The notes under the pieces were generated by a model. It was not told where the DNA came from. It ran no database searches and saw only the letters and a program-made list of their open reading frames with translations. Shown here one piece after another: positions 37,736 through 49,960 of a stretch of DNA of 64,000 bases. Both the position numbers and the translations under genes were made by a program. Where the stretch lies: contig NC_086107.1 in NCBI RefSeq assembly GCF_963921235.1, forward strand, positions 112,408,001 to 112,472,000. The letters are read 5' to 3'. The DNA comes from Mobula hypostoma. Taxonomy: Eukaryota. Numbering within the stretch: position 1 is the first letter of the stretch; each line of letters begins with the position of its first letter.

Positions 37736-40520
37736 ATGTTGGAATGCATAGTTACTTTGATGCTCTCTGACTGGGTTCCTTCTCCATATTTATTTTTGAT
37801 CTAGTCCCTCCTCCCAACACCATGATTTCAGCGTCAAATTCTCTCCAGCGAGTGATTAGCACCGAGGACCTTCCCTTCGCCCTTGTGCTTGGAACCACTG
37901 GGTACGGGTGACTCCGCCAGACCGTGTGAGGTAGAGTTACCCATTACACAGTCGCTGACCAGGAAGTCCGCCCTCCTTCCGGGACCGTGCCGTGAGCACT
38001 CTTAGTCCCGAGACACTGAGCGGCTTGTGTGGGGGGTGGGGGGGAGGAGGTGAGAGTTTCCAACCACTCTCACTGCATCAGTCCAAAGATTTTGAAGATG
38101 TTCTCAAATTGAATTTTGATCATTGTAAGTTCAACCCAAGATATATTTTAAAAAACACCAATGTTCCTTTAAACTCTGCAGAGAATAATTTATTCTCCAG
38201 CCATGCTTCATAATTCATTATTCTCTGGCATTTTTATATGATAAAGTGTCACCCAAAAATATTGCACAAATACCTTGTACATTTTTTCCTGTAATTTTTT
38301 TTCTTATTATTTATTGCGCATAACCTTTCTGTTAAAAATGTTTGCATAAATATTAACACAGATATCACGTGAAAGTCAATTGGGGTTGAATTTGAAATCA
38401 CATACACAGATTGGGGGATTACTAGGCTCCAGGGATCAGTCACTGGAGGACCACCCACCCCAGGGGAGGGGGGCAGGGGAGACCTGACGGAGGATGACCA
38501 CTGGTCGATGGACTCTCATCAATGGACTCCTTGTTACAAAAGATGGAAAAGGGGAAGGAAGGAGGGCTTTGGAACAAGGAGATGGCAAGGTGCTGAGGGG
38601 CAGCTGGGAAGGGCTAATGGAGGTGTCAGTGAGATGGGAGAAGGGTGTGGGGAAGGGTAGTGACGAGTAATGGGGACGGGACAGATCTGGGAAAAGCAAT
38701 GGAAAGTGGAAGGAAAAGGGAGAGATTTCTTCCATTTCAGAACTTGCCCAATAAATTCATACCAGGAATTTTACACCAAAAAAAAATGGCACTCAAAGAG
38801 AAATTTCACTCTGAGATTGCTGATCTTGAAAAGACAGACCAGCCCTCACTTCCCCTGATTTTTCCCCTTAAAGTTCACCAACAACCTCTCTCCATACCCC
38901 TGTTTCTCTGTGAAGGCAGGTCACACCAAAGTCAAAGTGATGACCTTTACCCTTCACATTCCCAACAATGGAAAGGGGGTGGGGGTTGAAATAGTTTCAC
39001 TAGAGGTGAAATTCCTACTGCTCTCCACCTTTTCCATCCCATACCCTTCCCATGAATCCCCAGGTCCGTTCAGCATGGATATGAGTTCCCCTGTCAACTC
39101 CAGGCCAGTTGGGCAGTCATGCACTGCAAGGGTGATAGGGGTCACTAGCCACCCAATCTGCAGCCCAGCCTAACACTTCTTCGGCCTCTGGGCAAGACAT
39201 CCTCTGCAGTGACACAACTACCCCCTAATCATCCCACAGAATGACAGATGAAGCCCCTCATCCCTACCCCAAGGGTTCTCCATTCCTTACAGCTGGAAAA
39301 ATACATCTCCCACTCACTATTCCAGAGAATTTAGCCTTTTTTAATATAGAGGCATTCTTTAATACCCTCCCCCTCCTCTCTCTCTGCCTCCAATATCTGC
39401 CAATCCACTTCCTGGTCCATATGGTACATCCAGTGACAATGATCCAGCATGGGATCCCTGGCGCCCAGGTCCCTCAGTAAGAAACATTTACAAACATTGC
39501 AATAAAGCATCAGGGCAAAGAATAAAAATACTTCAGACAATTTAATTTAATAAGATTTCTTTGCTTTTTTTTAAATCTCAGTAGGTTTAGAGGGGAGGGC
39601 AGGTACGACCAAACACAAGCATGCTTAAAGGAAAAACATTCATAACAGGGATTAAAAAGATTCAAAAATGCATAAATATTTCAGAGCAAAATTCGGCAAG
39701 ACCAAACTGGTTAAGTGTTACAGTATTCTTGGTGATGTCATTTCCTGCTTATTAAATCAAGAATGTTGGGACCCCAAGACACAACTGATTGTGACAAGTT
39801 GTTTTAGTGGATTTGGAGGGCAGCTTATTCATGCATTCTTTTACCAAATGGAGTTTTTTTTCCTCTTCATCCTGTATTCTACTGTCACCAAGACTCCCAA
39901 TTCACAAAGAGGAAAACATTGTCTAACAGAAGCATTTTGCTGTATATATGTTGCGATGTACATGTTAGAAATAAACCCAATCCTTTAAAGCTTAGGTAGA
40001 ACATCTGCTGAACTGCAGGACAGTGTGGCTGGGAAGTAGTGGAGAGAATGCCAGCGGGTATGGATTGCACGGGGAGGAAGTAAAGCTCATAGGAGCAACA
40101 ACGAAGAGACAGAGGGTTAAAAATGGCGTGTAGGAATATACTGCTGGTAGCTCAAAGGACTACAGTGACGGAGGGAAGCAGTTGTTAAAAACAAAATAAA
40201 AACAACGAATAAATTTGAGCATCCAAAAAAAAATACAGTTGATAGAAACCTGAATTAAGAAGAGAAAAAAAATGGAAAAATAGGTTAGGCAGCTTCTGTG
40301 GAGACAGAAATGGCATTAAGGATGTAAACTGAACACCCTTTGTGCGACCTCTGAGTTAACATTTCATTTCGAAGACTCTTAAATACCTTTGGCTTGAAAA
40401 GATATCTCTGTTTCTTTTTCCGCTGATGCTGACTGACCTACTGAGTCTCCAGTACTTTCTGTTTAGCAGCCAAAATTGAGGCCTACTTTTCTGAGGGGGT
40501 TAACTGACTGAGAACATGGA

Positions 40521-41093
40521 TGTAATGCCAAGGATCAATTAAAATTTTATTAATCCACAGATAATAATTGCATACTGAACCTATTTCTTATAGAAGTTAC
40601 TTCTCATTAGTCACAGTTGTTGGATCTGACTGTTTAATTCTTAGATTAAACTATTTAATTATTATTCTCTTTGCAGTTTATCAATTAATTATGTTTGCAT
40701 TTTAAGTAGTTTGTCTATGCACATAACAGTTTAATATGTTTCCAGTAGTTATACAAAGTTAAATTCAGGAAAGCTCTAAAGTTTCTTTGCTTTGTATTAC
40801 TTGAATAATTGCATTCTCATTGGTTAACAGTACTGCAGTATTCAAATAAGTACTTTCTAATTGGTTGTCTCTTATCTACAGATTTGAACAGAGTACTTCT
40901 TATCTCTGTGGTATAAAAATAGCTGTTCTATTGTAAGTGCCATCTTTGTTCCTTCATCTCTCTCAACCAGTAGACCCCCTTTCAATGTCCATTCCAATTT
41001 TTTCTTTGTACTATCAACGCTTAATAAAATGGTCATGAAGCAAAAAGTTTTGTGTCTCTTTTCTGACTTCTAAAATAACCTTGGATTTAAACA
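40521..41093 (+). mobile_element. Probable solo LTR
   Basis: TGT...ACA termini with an imperfect inverted repeat (tgtaatgccaagg / ccttggatttaaaca), two attgg (CCAAT) boxes, TATAAAA near 40912 and AATAAA near 41023; the TSD is degenerate. Confidence 0.6.
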
Positions 41094-43456
41094 CCAGGAC
41101 CTGCCACAGCAGAGACGTGGGGTTGGAGTTCCCTATGCAGAATAGCTGATGCAGCTACTTGAACAATTGGCAGGCATACAATAGCTCCCTGGGACTAGGA
41201 ATACGTGCTTTCCTTACAACACTGACAATTACTGGATTAGCTCCTGTAAAGTTGAGCTCCACTGTTTGGACGTTGACTCCAAGGTACTTCAAACCGCAAG
41301 AACTAAAGTCATTTCAGACCCACCAAATTTGGTGACACCATTTCCAATCAGTGGGCCAAAATATTTCTGAAAACATATTATCAAATACAACATAACATCA
41401 GGCACACAGCAGACACAACATTTTGGTTGCGGCAATAATCGGCCTAAAACAACGAAGTGATCCCCAAATCCCATTTTCAGAGGTTCAACATGGATCTCCA
41501 CTCCCTGGGATATCCCAGATGTATATGTTAGTGAGTTTGGGTTGCATACATTTTCTGCTGAGCTGTTGGTATCAGTTGAAAGAAGGTATGTTTGCCGCAA
41601 CACTTAAAGGTTATTCTGTCATGAAAACTAAAGGAAATTCCTTAGTCTTGAATGGCTGGACGTTCCTTGTCTGTCACATGTTGGTTACACTAATATGCAT
41701 TGTGTTGTAATTAGCATGTGTGCAATGTACTAAGTCCCCGACTTTAACTTTTTAATTTAAATCAATAAAACAGAGTTTTATAACCACCGTTCAATGCAAT
41801 ATTATTCGGAGGTCCACATCCTTGCAGTAGGGTTTGGAGGTCTGCATGCCTCAATGACCCAGAGAGCTATGTCGGCTGGAGTCAGGGCTTTGTGCTTTGT
41901 GCCATGCCAAACGGGCTAAAAGGGTAGAGGCCAGACTAAGGGTGGCCCACCGGTCCTCCAGGTTCGGGGGTTCAGCTCAGGGCTAACAAACCAACTGGTC
42001 AAAAAAAATTGTCACGGAAACAGCAAAAAAAAAAAAATGCTGCCCTAAACACCAACGGCATAACAAGCAGTAACTAACTAACTAACTCGATGCAATATTC
42101 TTTCTTCTTCTTCTGCCCGTCACGCCGCTGACGTTTAGGGCGGCAATGAAAATTCCTCCATCTCTGGCAGCGTTCACAGCTTCCTTCATCATGTCGGTAG
42201 CTTCCTCTCAGTTTACTGTCAGTCATGCAAGTCCCAGGTGGAGACTCAGGAATACCGTCACACTCAGATGTAGAAGGATTCTTCATTGCTGTTCCTAATT
42301 CTTCATTCTGTTTTGCCAGTCAAATATAATAGCCCTGAGGTGAACCCCCAAACCTGGAGGACCGGTGGACCACTCTTAGTCTGACCTCTACCCTTTGACC
42401 TGTTTGGCTGGGTAACCCAACCAACAGCCAAAGCATAAAGCCCTGACTCCAGCCAGCGTAGCTCTCCGGGTCATTGAGGAAAGGAAGCCTTCAAACCCAA
42501 TGACAGGGCTGTGGTCCTCTTGGAGGAGTACAATATTAACTTTTTAAGTGCAATATGAATATTTTTTTAAATTGCAAGCAACTTTGCATGAATTTTTATT
42601 CTAGGATTCTTCTTTGAACCCTAAAGTTAGTTATTTAAAAACATGATTAGTCTACCATTGTTCATGGTAATGACCAGAAAAAACAAAATTCTTCCAGAGA
42701 AATATGCCACCCCACCCTCATTTTATTTTGGGTCTAATTTATCAAAGGTTTGATCATTCCAACATCTATTGGGTTTTAGTGATTATGATGGAGCTCCCAT
42801 GAGGCTGTTTATCGCTGCTTATAATCTGAAAGCTGACTGTCAAAGCTCATGGCAACATTAAGGTGACTAAGGGGTTAATAATTAAAAATCAGCACATATT
42901 GAAAATCTCAGATAAAGCAGAAAATGCTGGAAATACTCGACAGGAAAGTCAGCATCTGGGGAGTCAGAAACAGAGTTAACGCTTTGGGTCAAAGGTCCTG
43001 ATGAAGCGTTTAAAACACTGGCTCTGTTCCTCTCTCCACAGCTGCTGCCTGACCTGCTGAGTGTTTCCAGCATTCTCTGCACTTATTCCATGAATTAAGT
43101 TCCGTCAAGTTTAAGTTTCTGAAGATAAGCAGGAGAGGACACTGAGAGAAGTGGGAATGCCACAGTCCTGGGTATTTACACTGGAGACAGTGGAACGAGT
43201 GGGAATACAGAGGAGCAGTGTGTGATGTGAAATATTTACAAGATGAGAAAACGAGCACACCTGCCTACATTCTTACGCTCCGACTGTTGAACTGTGATTC
43301 TCGAGATCATGAAAACCATACTGAAAGACGAGACTGACTGGGAGCTTTGGGCTTGCTGGGTTCAGATGGGAAATTATCTTTTTAAATAATACTCGTATAA
43401 TATTTGCACATATAGCTATATATGCATTTGTGTTGTGTGGTTATTCATGCATGTTT

Positions 43457-44001
<545 letters not shown>

Positions 44002-44926
44002 ATGAGATACTTACATTTTTTCGGCTAAAAGACCCTGTGTAGTGAGCAACATCATTACTATTTCATGCTGCTACTTCAGACTCAGATGGAAGAGAAACTG
44101 TTCCTCCACACAATATCTCCTGCAGCCCCGAGAGGAGAACTAACCGATCCTGCACTTGTTAAACTTGGGGAAAAAACATTCAATCCTATTAATTCAGTGG
44201 CATGCCAATCCTTACCATGATTCTCCACATTGACTAAATTTTGGCACGTGCAATGAAGGCAAACGCATTTCAGAGCTGCTTAGTCCCTGACGAGGATTAA
44301 AGGACTTTGGAATTAAGGGAGCGGAGTGTGGGTCTGCACTCTGAAGAGGTCAAAGCTCTAGAAACACTGTAACCCATAAACAGAGAGGTTCCAAGGTGGA
44401 AGTGGGCATAGTGAGCCATATTTATCCAGTTGACAGCCTCCATTACATTTCACAGTGTTTGGCTACAAAGTCCTGTCTGCTGTGAGCCAGGACTGGGAGA
44501 TGCTCAGCTCTTGCCAATAAAGTTTAGACCACAGTGATCGAGGCTATATTGCACTACCCAGGACAGGGGTTTCGATTTTGTGCGATGACGCGGCAATGCA
44601 GGCCACGAGCTAGCGAGGCGGGGTGGGGGAAAGGAGTGGCTCACCAAGACCTGAGTTACGATGAAGGAACAGGCATTTCAACCCACTTTGTGTCCTGGAC
44701 TGAGAAACTCCGGAAGTAAATAGCATTAACTTGCTGAAGTCAGCACATCTTCCAATAAAGCAAAGGGCGCCTCAGTGACCTAATGGAACTAGGGTTCAGG
44801 ACGTTCCTTGCTAGCATGTAGCAAATTGATTATCAGATGCTCCAGGCCCCTAAGAATCGATCATTTCATTAATTCCTTGCCAATGAATTACTATCAACAA
44901 TGCCCCAACATCTGTGATCAGAGTGA

Positions 44927-45850
44927 CAGCACAAAATGCTGGAGGATCTCAGCAGGTCAGGCAGCATCTACAGTAATGAATAAACAGTCGACGTTTCAGG
45001 CCAAGATCCTTCATTGGGACTGAGAAGGAAGGAGGAAAGAAGCCAGAACAAAAGAGTGAGGATGGGAAGAAGGACACGCGGAAAGGTGATAGGTGAAGCC
45101 AGGTAGGTGGGAAAGGTTAAAGGGCTGGAGAAGAAGGAATATGATAGGAGGGGAGAGTGGACCACGGGAGAAAGGGAAGAAGGAGGTGCACCAGGGGGAG
45201 GTGATATACAGGTGAGGAGAGGTAACAGGCCAGAGAGGGGAATGGAAGAAGAGGGAAGGGGGAGAGGAGAAATATTGAAAGGAGAAATCAATTTTCATGC
45301 CACCAGGTTGGAGGCTACCTAGATAGAATATGAGATGCAACACACACAAAATGCTGGTGGGACTCAGCAGGCCAGGCAGCACCTATGAAAATGAAAACAG
45401 TCGACGTTTCAGGCCGAGGCCCTTCGTCAGGACTGGAAGGGAAGAGGAGAGGTCAGGATAAAAAGGTGGGGGGAGGGGAGGAAGAAGTACAAGGTGGCAG
45501 GCAATAGGCGAAACCAAGAGAGGGGGAGGGGACGAAGTAAAGAGCTGGGAAGTTGATTGGTGAAAGAGATAAAGGGCTGGAGAGGGAGGAATCTGAGAGG
45601 AGAGGACGGAAGACCATGGAAGAAGGGGAACGGGGAGGAAGAGCATCAAAAGGAGGTGATGGACAGCTAAGGAAATGGGAGAGGGAAATGGGAATGGGGA
45701 ATGGTTAATGAGAGGAGAGGAGGGGGGCAATTCCCAGAGGTTTGAGAAATCGATGAAATATGAGATGTTGCTCCTCCACCCTGAGAGTGGCCTCATTGTA
45801 GCAGAAGGGGAGGCTTTGGAATGACATGTCGGAATGGGAATGGGGAAAGG
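44927..45850 (-). mobile_element. Two head-to-tail Penelope-derived units
   Basis: Unit boundary acaaaatgctgg.gg..ctcagcagg.caggcagca occurs at about 44930 and about 45345; both carry GIY-YIG remnants (LGSLQPGGMKIDFS; EATLRVEEQHLIF). Other copies at about 2820-3140, 3265-3790, 9270-9780, 18830-19365, 27553-27687, 51700-52255 and 61440-61850. Confidence 0.75.
45398..45435 (-). ncRNA. Minimal type I hammerhead ribozyme motif
   Basis: Reverse complement reads cagtc-CTGACGA-agg(gcctcgg)cct-GAAA-cg-TC-gactg; 5-bp stem I; same strand as KCNC. Confidence 0.8.
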
Positions 45851-46289
45851 GAAGGGATTCGCTGGGATCAGAGCTGGAGATTGCTTACATTAGTGGGCAT
45901 GGTGATGGGGGTCTTTCAGGTCCTGGCACTGAAACCTCATCAGTCAAAAGTGGAAGCTCCCACATTTCAGCAGCCTCCATGCGTCTGAGAGCTGCGGTAA
46001 AAGTAAAGGGCTTTCCTGACTCCAACCTGCAACATCACCCTTAACAGCCTTTAATGGAGTTTTTGCTGACCGCACGAGAAAGATATCTCACCGACAAAAG
46101 GGTCCAAACATCAAACTCTGTGGAAAGACATCACCCAGGACCTACAGTGTAACACTTAAACAGATCTTTTAACTCTCTATTACTTGATTAACGTGCCAGA
46201 GAGAGGAACAGATGAAGACAGAGATAGAGGAAGAGAGAGACAGAGAAAAGGAGAGACAGAGAAAGAGAGAGACAGGGAAAAAAAACGGT

Positions 46290-47296
46290 CAATATGACCG
46301 AGTATTGGCACCTTTCTTGTATACACACCTTTTATATTAATTCTGATTAAAAAATAGAAAAGAAAGTGCCGCATTCTTTCAATAATACATTTTTATACGA
46401 TTGGCTAAATTCTTTTTTTTTTGTTGTTTTTTTTTCATATATTTTTTTCATCGAGTTTTGCAATCTGGAAGGAAAATATATTTTTTTTTGCATATGACAT
46501 TAAGTATGATCCTTACAGTACACCATGCAAATTCATGCTGAGGCTGAGAAAAAATGCACCTTTTAAATATATATAATACTTCTTTGTTCAATTCCCTGCA
46601 CAGCTTTTTTACCCCTCGCTTTCCAAAATTTCTTACACCAGACAGTTCTTTTATTTTCCCATTCTCCCACATTTGATGTACAAACGTGCTTATACATATT
46701 TTCTCTGGTCCGCTGTAGGTTGACAACCACACATCAAAATCCCACGTCCTTCGCGGTTTGCCTTTGCTTTTTTTTTTGCTTCTTCGATGTTGTCATCAGC
46801 AAGTCAGTTTTTTTTTGTGTGGGGAGGGCGGGATTTGATTTTGTTGAGGGAGGGGCAGGTCCTTTGTCCTTTTGTTACTCCTGCTCACGAGTGAAGAGAA
46901 ATGGGATTGAACAAGATGAGGTGGCGGAGGAGGGGGTGATGGATGGAGGGAGGTAAGGAAGAAGGGAAGCAGCAGCGAAGAGTGAGGTGGAGGGGTGAGG
47001 CGACGGAAGGGCTCGTGGGAAGAGGGGAAAGACCAGAGGATGCAAAATGAGGCAGGAGGAAGCAACGCAGGATGGGATCGGGGAGGATAGGACGAGGCGA
47101 CCAGCAGCTTGCGGAAGCAGGGAGAAAGGCAAATTGAAGAGCAGGAAAGAGGACGTCAAGGGAATTACAGAGCTATTGGAGAGGAGGCTGGGAACGTGAT
47201 GGAGGGGAGCAAAGGAGGGGCCAGAGCAAAGGTAGGAGAGGAGAATACAGGAGCAAGGGGAAAGTCGTGCTGGAGACGGGTGAGGGATGGGAATCA
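46290..47296 (-). other. Probable 3' UTR following KCNC exon B
   Basis: Transposon-free segment directly after the stop; C/T-rich then A/T-rich on the sense strand, with A and U tracts typical of 3' UTRs. End not defined. Confidence 0.6.
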
Positions 47297-47361
47297 CTAG
47301 TTGACCGTGACGGCCTCCAGTTGCATGTATCTAGAAATCACTGGACTGTCCTTATAATTAT
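47297..47361 (-). CDS. KCNC3: Kv3 channel alternative terminal coding exon B (DNYKDSPVISRYMQLEAVTVN*)
   Basis: Strong acceptor tttttttgctctcttctctactcacag|ATAATTAT (AG at 47362-47363), phase 1 like exon A, TAG at 47297-47299. Homologous to the Kv3.1b tail [21 protein letters not shown] and the Kv3.2 tail DNCKEVVITGYTQAEARSLT. Paralog tentative. Confidence 0.88.
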
Positions 47362-47679
47362 CTGTGAGTAGAGAAGAGAGCAAAAAAAAGCTCAGGGACA
47401 GTTTTGATCTCACCTCGCTCTTGCATAACAGGCATGCAGCAGTCGAGGCTGAACACTCCACTTTAGACAGAACATATATTTTTCTCTTATAAAAAAAAAG
47501 AAACATTTTTTTTTCTTGCTGTTGTTTACTTTTGTTCAACATGCACCAAGGCAACGTATTCATCTGCTTATTGCTTGCAATGGAGTTCCATGCATTGGGA
47601 TGGGGGAGAAGGCGTGGCCGGGAGGGAAGAGAACCCCACTGCACTAGATCAGAAGATCATTTGCACTGACTTTTCACTC

Positions 47680-47872
47680 TGAGAGAGAGAGAGAGAGTGT
47701 GTGAGTGTATGCGTGCGTGTGTGTGAGTGTGCGCACGCGCGTGTGTTGAGTATATGAGTGTGTGTGCATGTGTGTTGAGTGTGTGTGTATGAGTGTGTTA
47801 GTGTGCATGTGTGTGTGTGTGTGGGTGAGGGTGTGTGTGAGTGTACGTGTGTGTGTGTGTGTGTTTGTGTGT

Positions 47873-47905
<33 letters not shown>

Positions 47906-48063
47906 GTTGTGGTTGTGTCTGTGTGTGCGCGCGCATGTGTGTTGAGTATATGAGTGTGCATGTGTGAGTGTACGTGTGTGAGTGTGTGTGTGTATGTGTG
48001 CGAGTGTGTGTGTGTGTGTGAGTGTGTGTGTATGTGTGCGAGTGTGTGTGTGAGTGTGTGTGA

Positions 48064-48096
<33 letters not shown>

Positions 48097-48175
48097 TGTG
48101 GTTGTGTGAGTGTGTGCCTACGTACGTGTGTGTGTGTCTGAATGCGGTTGTGTGTTTGTGTGTGTGGTTGTGTGC
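47680..48175. repeat. (GA)n plus degenerate (TG)n tract between KCNC exons A and B
   Basis: Directly visible; reads (CA)n on the gene's sense strand. Confidence 0.97.
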
Positions 48176-48714
48176 AGTTCTTCGATCCTGAGTGTATCAT
48201 TTTGCACAATCAAAAGGTGACGTAGCTGTGTGGAGAAATCTGAATCTCGCCTCCCATCCCTTGGCCAAGTCAACCTTGGTCCTGACTTTCTCAATCCTGT
48301 AAGGGGTGCAGAGACAGGCTGGGGGGAGGGGGAGGAGAGGGGAGGAGGTGGCTGCGGAAATGTCCTTTCTGTTACAAAAAAACAGAGAAATTCCACCTTA
48401 CTGTCCATGTCGGTGGCAAGAGGGACTGGGTTATGAGTGTTTTCCTCGAATAAGCCAACATCTTGGCACAAATTTAACCAGTTTATTTTTTTCCATCAAT
48501 CAAAAGATGCTTGATTCGTCATTTGGTATATGCAACCTATTGTCCAAACAATGATGCCATTGTTTCGTATTCTTTGTAAATGCTTTTCATTGTCCTAAAG
48601 ATATATATATCTATATATACCTATATAGATATAGATGCATACACACACACATATATATATATTTATATATATATATTTCCCTAAAAAAATATTTCCCACT
48701 CTTTTCTGTCCATG

Positions 48715-48851
48715 CTACAAGATGGATGGGATGGGTGACTGGGGTCGTCTCAGTGCACAGGGTGAGTTGAATGGCGAGGTGACAGGAGACAATCGCAGCG
48801 CATTCCCACTCATGCCAGATATGTTGTTTAGGCTCCTCGACTTTTCATAAC
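48715..48851 (-). CDS. KCNC3: Kv3 (Shaw) voltage-gated K+ channel, alternative terminal coding exon A ([45 protein letters not shown])
   Basis: Pyrimidine tract plus acceptor ctcttctcttcttttttgaaacccaag|GTTATGAAAAG (AG at 48852-48853), phase 1, TAG at 48715-48717. Peptide closely matches the recalled KCNC2 C-terminus [45 protein letters not shown] and the related rodent Kv3.3 tail. Family is secure; the paralog is assigned by elimination only. Confidence 0.9.
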
Positions 48852-49596
48852 CTTGGGTTTCAAAAAAGAAGAGAAGAGAGCATTTTTTTGAACAGTCACC
48901 AATATAATGAGTGAGCGATCTGGACTCTGAGACAAGGATAACTCTCTGGTGCAAGTCTACGCAGGCGTACTCTCGGAGAGAAGAAGGCGCGAGGGCTCTG
49001 CTCTCCACTGCCGGCCAGGTTTTTTGAAGTCTTTTCTGAAGAGAGAAGTACTTCCACCTGTATGATTCAAAATTCCGGGTCCCCAGTATGCTACTCAATA
49101 GTCAATGTGAATCTGTCAAGTGAATCGGAACGTTTTACTCACGTTCAAAGAAGCTAATGACTTTTTTCAATTTTTATTGATACATCTCAGAATAGGTCCT
49201 TCGAGCCACACCATCCAGCAACCCTCGATTTAACCCTAAGCTAATCACGGGACAACCTACAATGACCAATTAACCTACTATCCAGTTCGTCTTCGGACTG
49301 TGGGAGGAAACCAGAGAACCCAGAGGAAACCTGCGCATTCAGAGACTCCTTACAGAGGACATGGGGATTGATCTCCGAACTCCAACACCCTGAGCTGTAA
49401 CCGCTATGCCAGTGTGGCGCCCCTTTTATTTTATATCTTACACTCTCTTACGACATGGAGGGTGACTTGGGCCGATAATTTTACGCCATCTGTCACAGCA
49501 TTCCCATCATTCCGTTTCTGACGTTTTCACCTTTGACCTATTCACAAGCCCGTCAACCTCACTCTGATTCTCTTTCCGCCCACCTACACTTAATAG

Positions 49597-49960
49597 GTTG
49601 GGTGGCGGGGTGGAGATATGTCACTCCTTCCCTCCGCTAGCCTGCAGGTCACCCTTGGGCAAGTTGGGAGCACCTGCTTAGCCCCTCCGATCAGGGTCAT
49701 GTGAAACCATGGGAGCAGGTGATGGATGGTTGTATGAGCAGCTGGTGCATACCACAAGTCCTGGTTATGTGACCCACTGAAGACAGGCAGACAATCTCTG
49801 AAGAGTATTGATAATGGCTGAGGTCACCCGTCTTGTAAAGACACTGCCCAGAAGAAAGAAAAGGCAAATAATTTCTGCAGAAAAATTTGCCAGGAACAAT
49901 CATTGTCATGGAAAGACCATGATCACCCATGTCATATGACATGGCACATCATACATAATT
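49597..49960 (+). mobile_element. RTE-related SINE-like repeat
   Basis: Same family at about 6500-7170 (split by an HE1-like SINE) and 55030-55730; carries a gaagg.aatggcaaaccact-type 3' motif. Confidence 0.6.

Larger units (their letters stand above)
36840..39470 (-). other. Possible distal 3' UTR / non-coding terminal exon of the KCNC gene
   Basis: Largely unique sequence with UTR-like A/U tracts, ending on the minus strand in ...tgtacaaaagtgtaaaacac...ctgAATAAAcgg (signal at 36860-36865). Connection to the gene is inferred. Confidence 0.35.

Noticed and set aside
37855..37875. Possible REST/RE1 site (attagcaccgaggaccttccc)
   Set aside because: The right half lacks the conserved GGACAG; too degenerate.
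41200..41560. Circovirus capsid-like reading (YNTDNYWISSCKVEL)
   Set aside because: Only a short superficial match; no Arg-rich N-terminus, Rep gene or stem-loop origin nearby.
48852..49098. N-terminal 82 codons of ORF 48715-49098 as part of a single-exon protein
   Set aside because: Kv3 homology begins exactly at the splice acceptor at 48851; the upstream part includes the pyrimidine tract and its start is not ATG.
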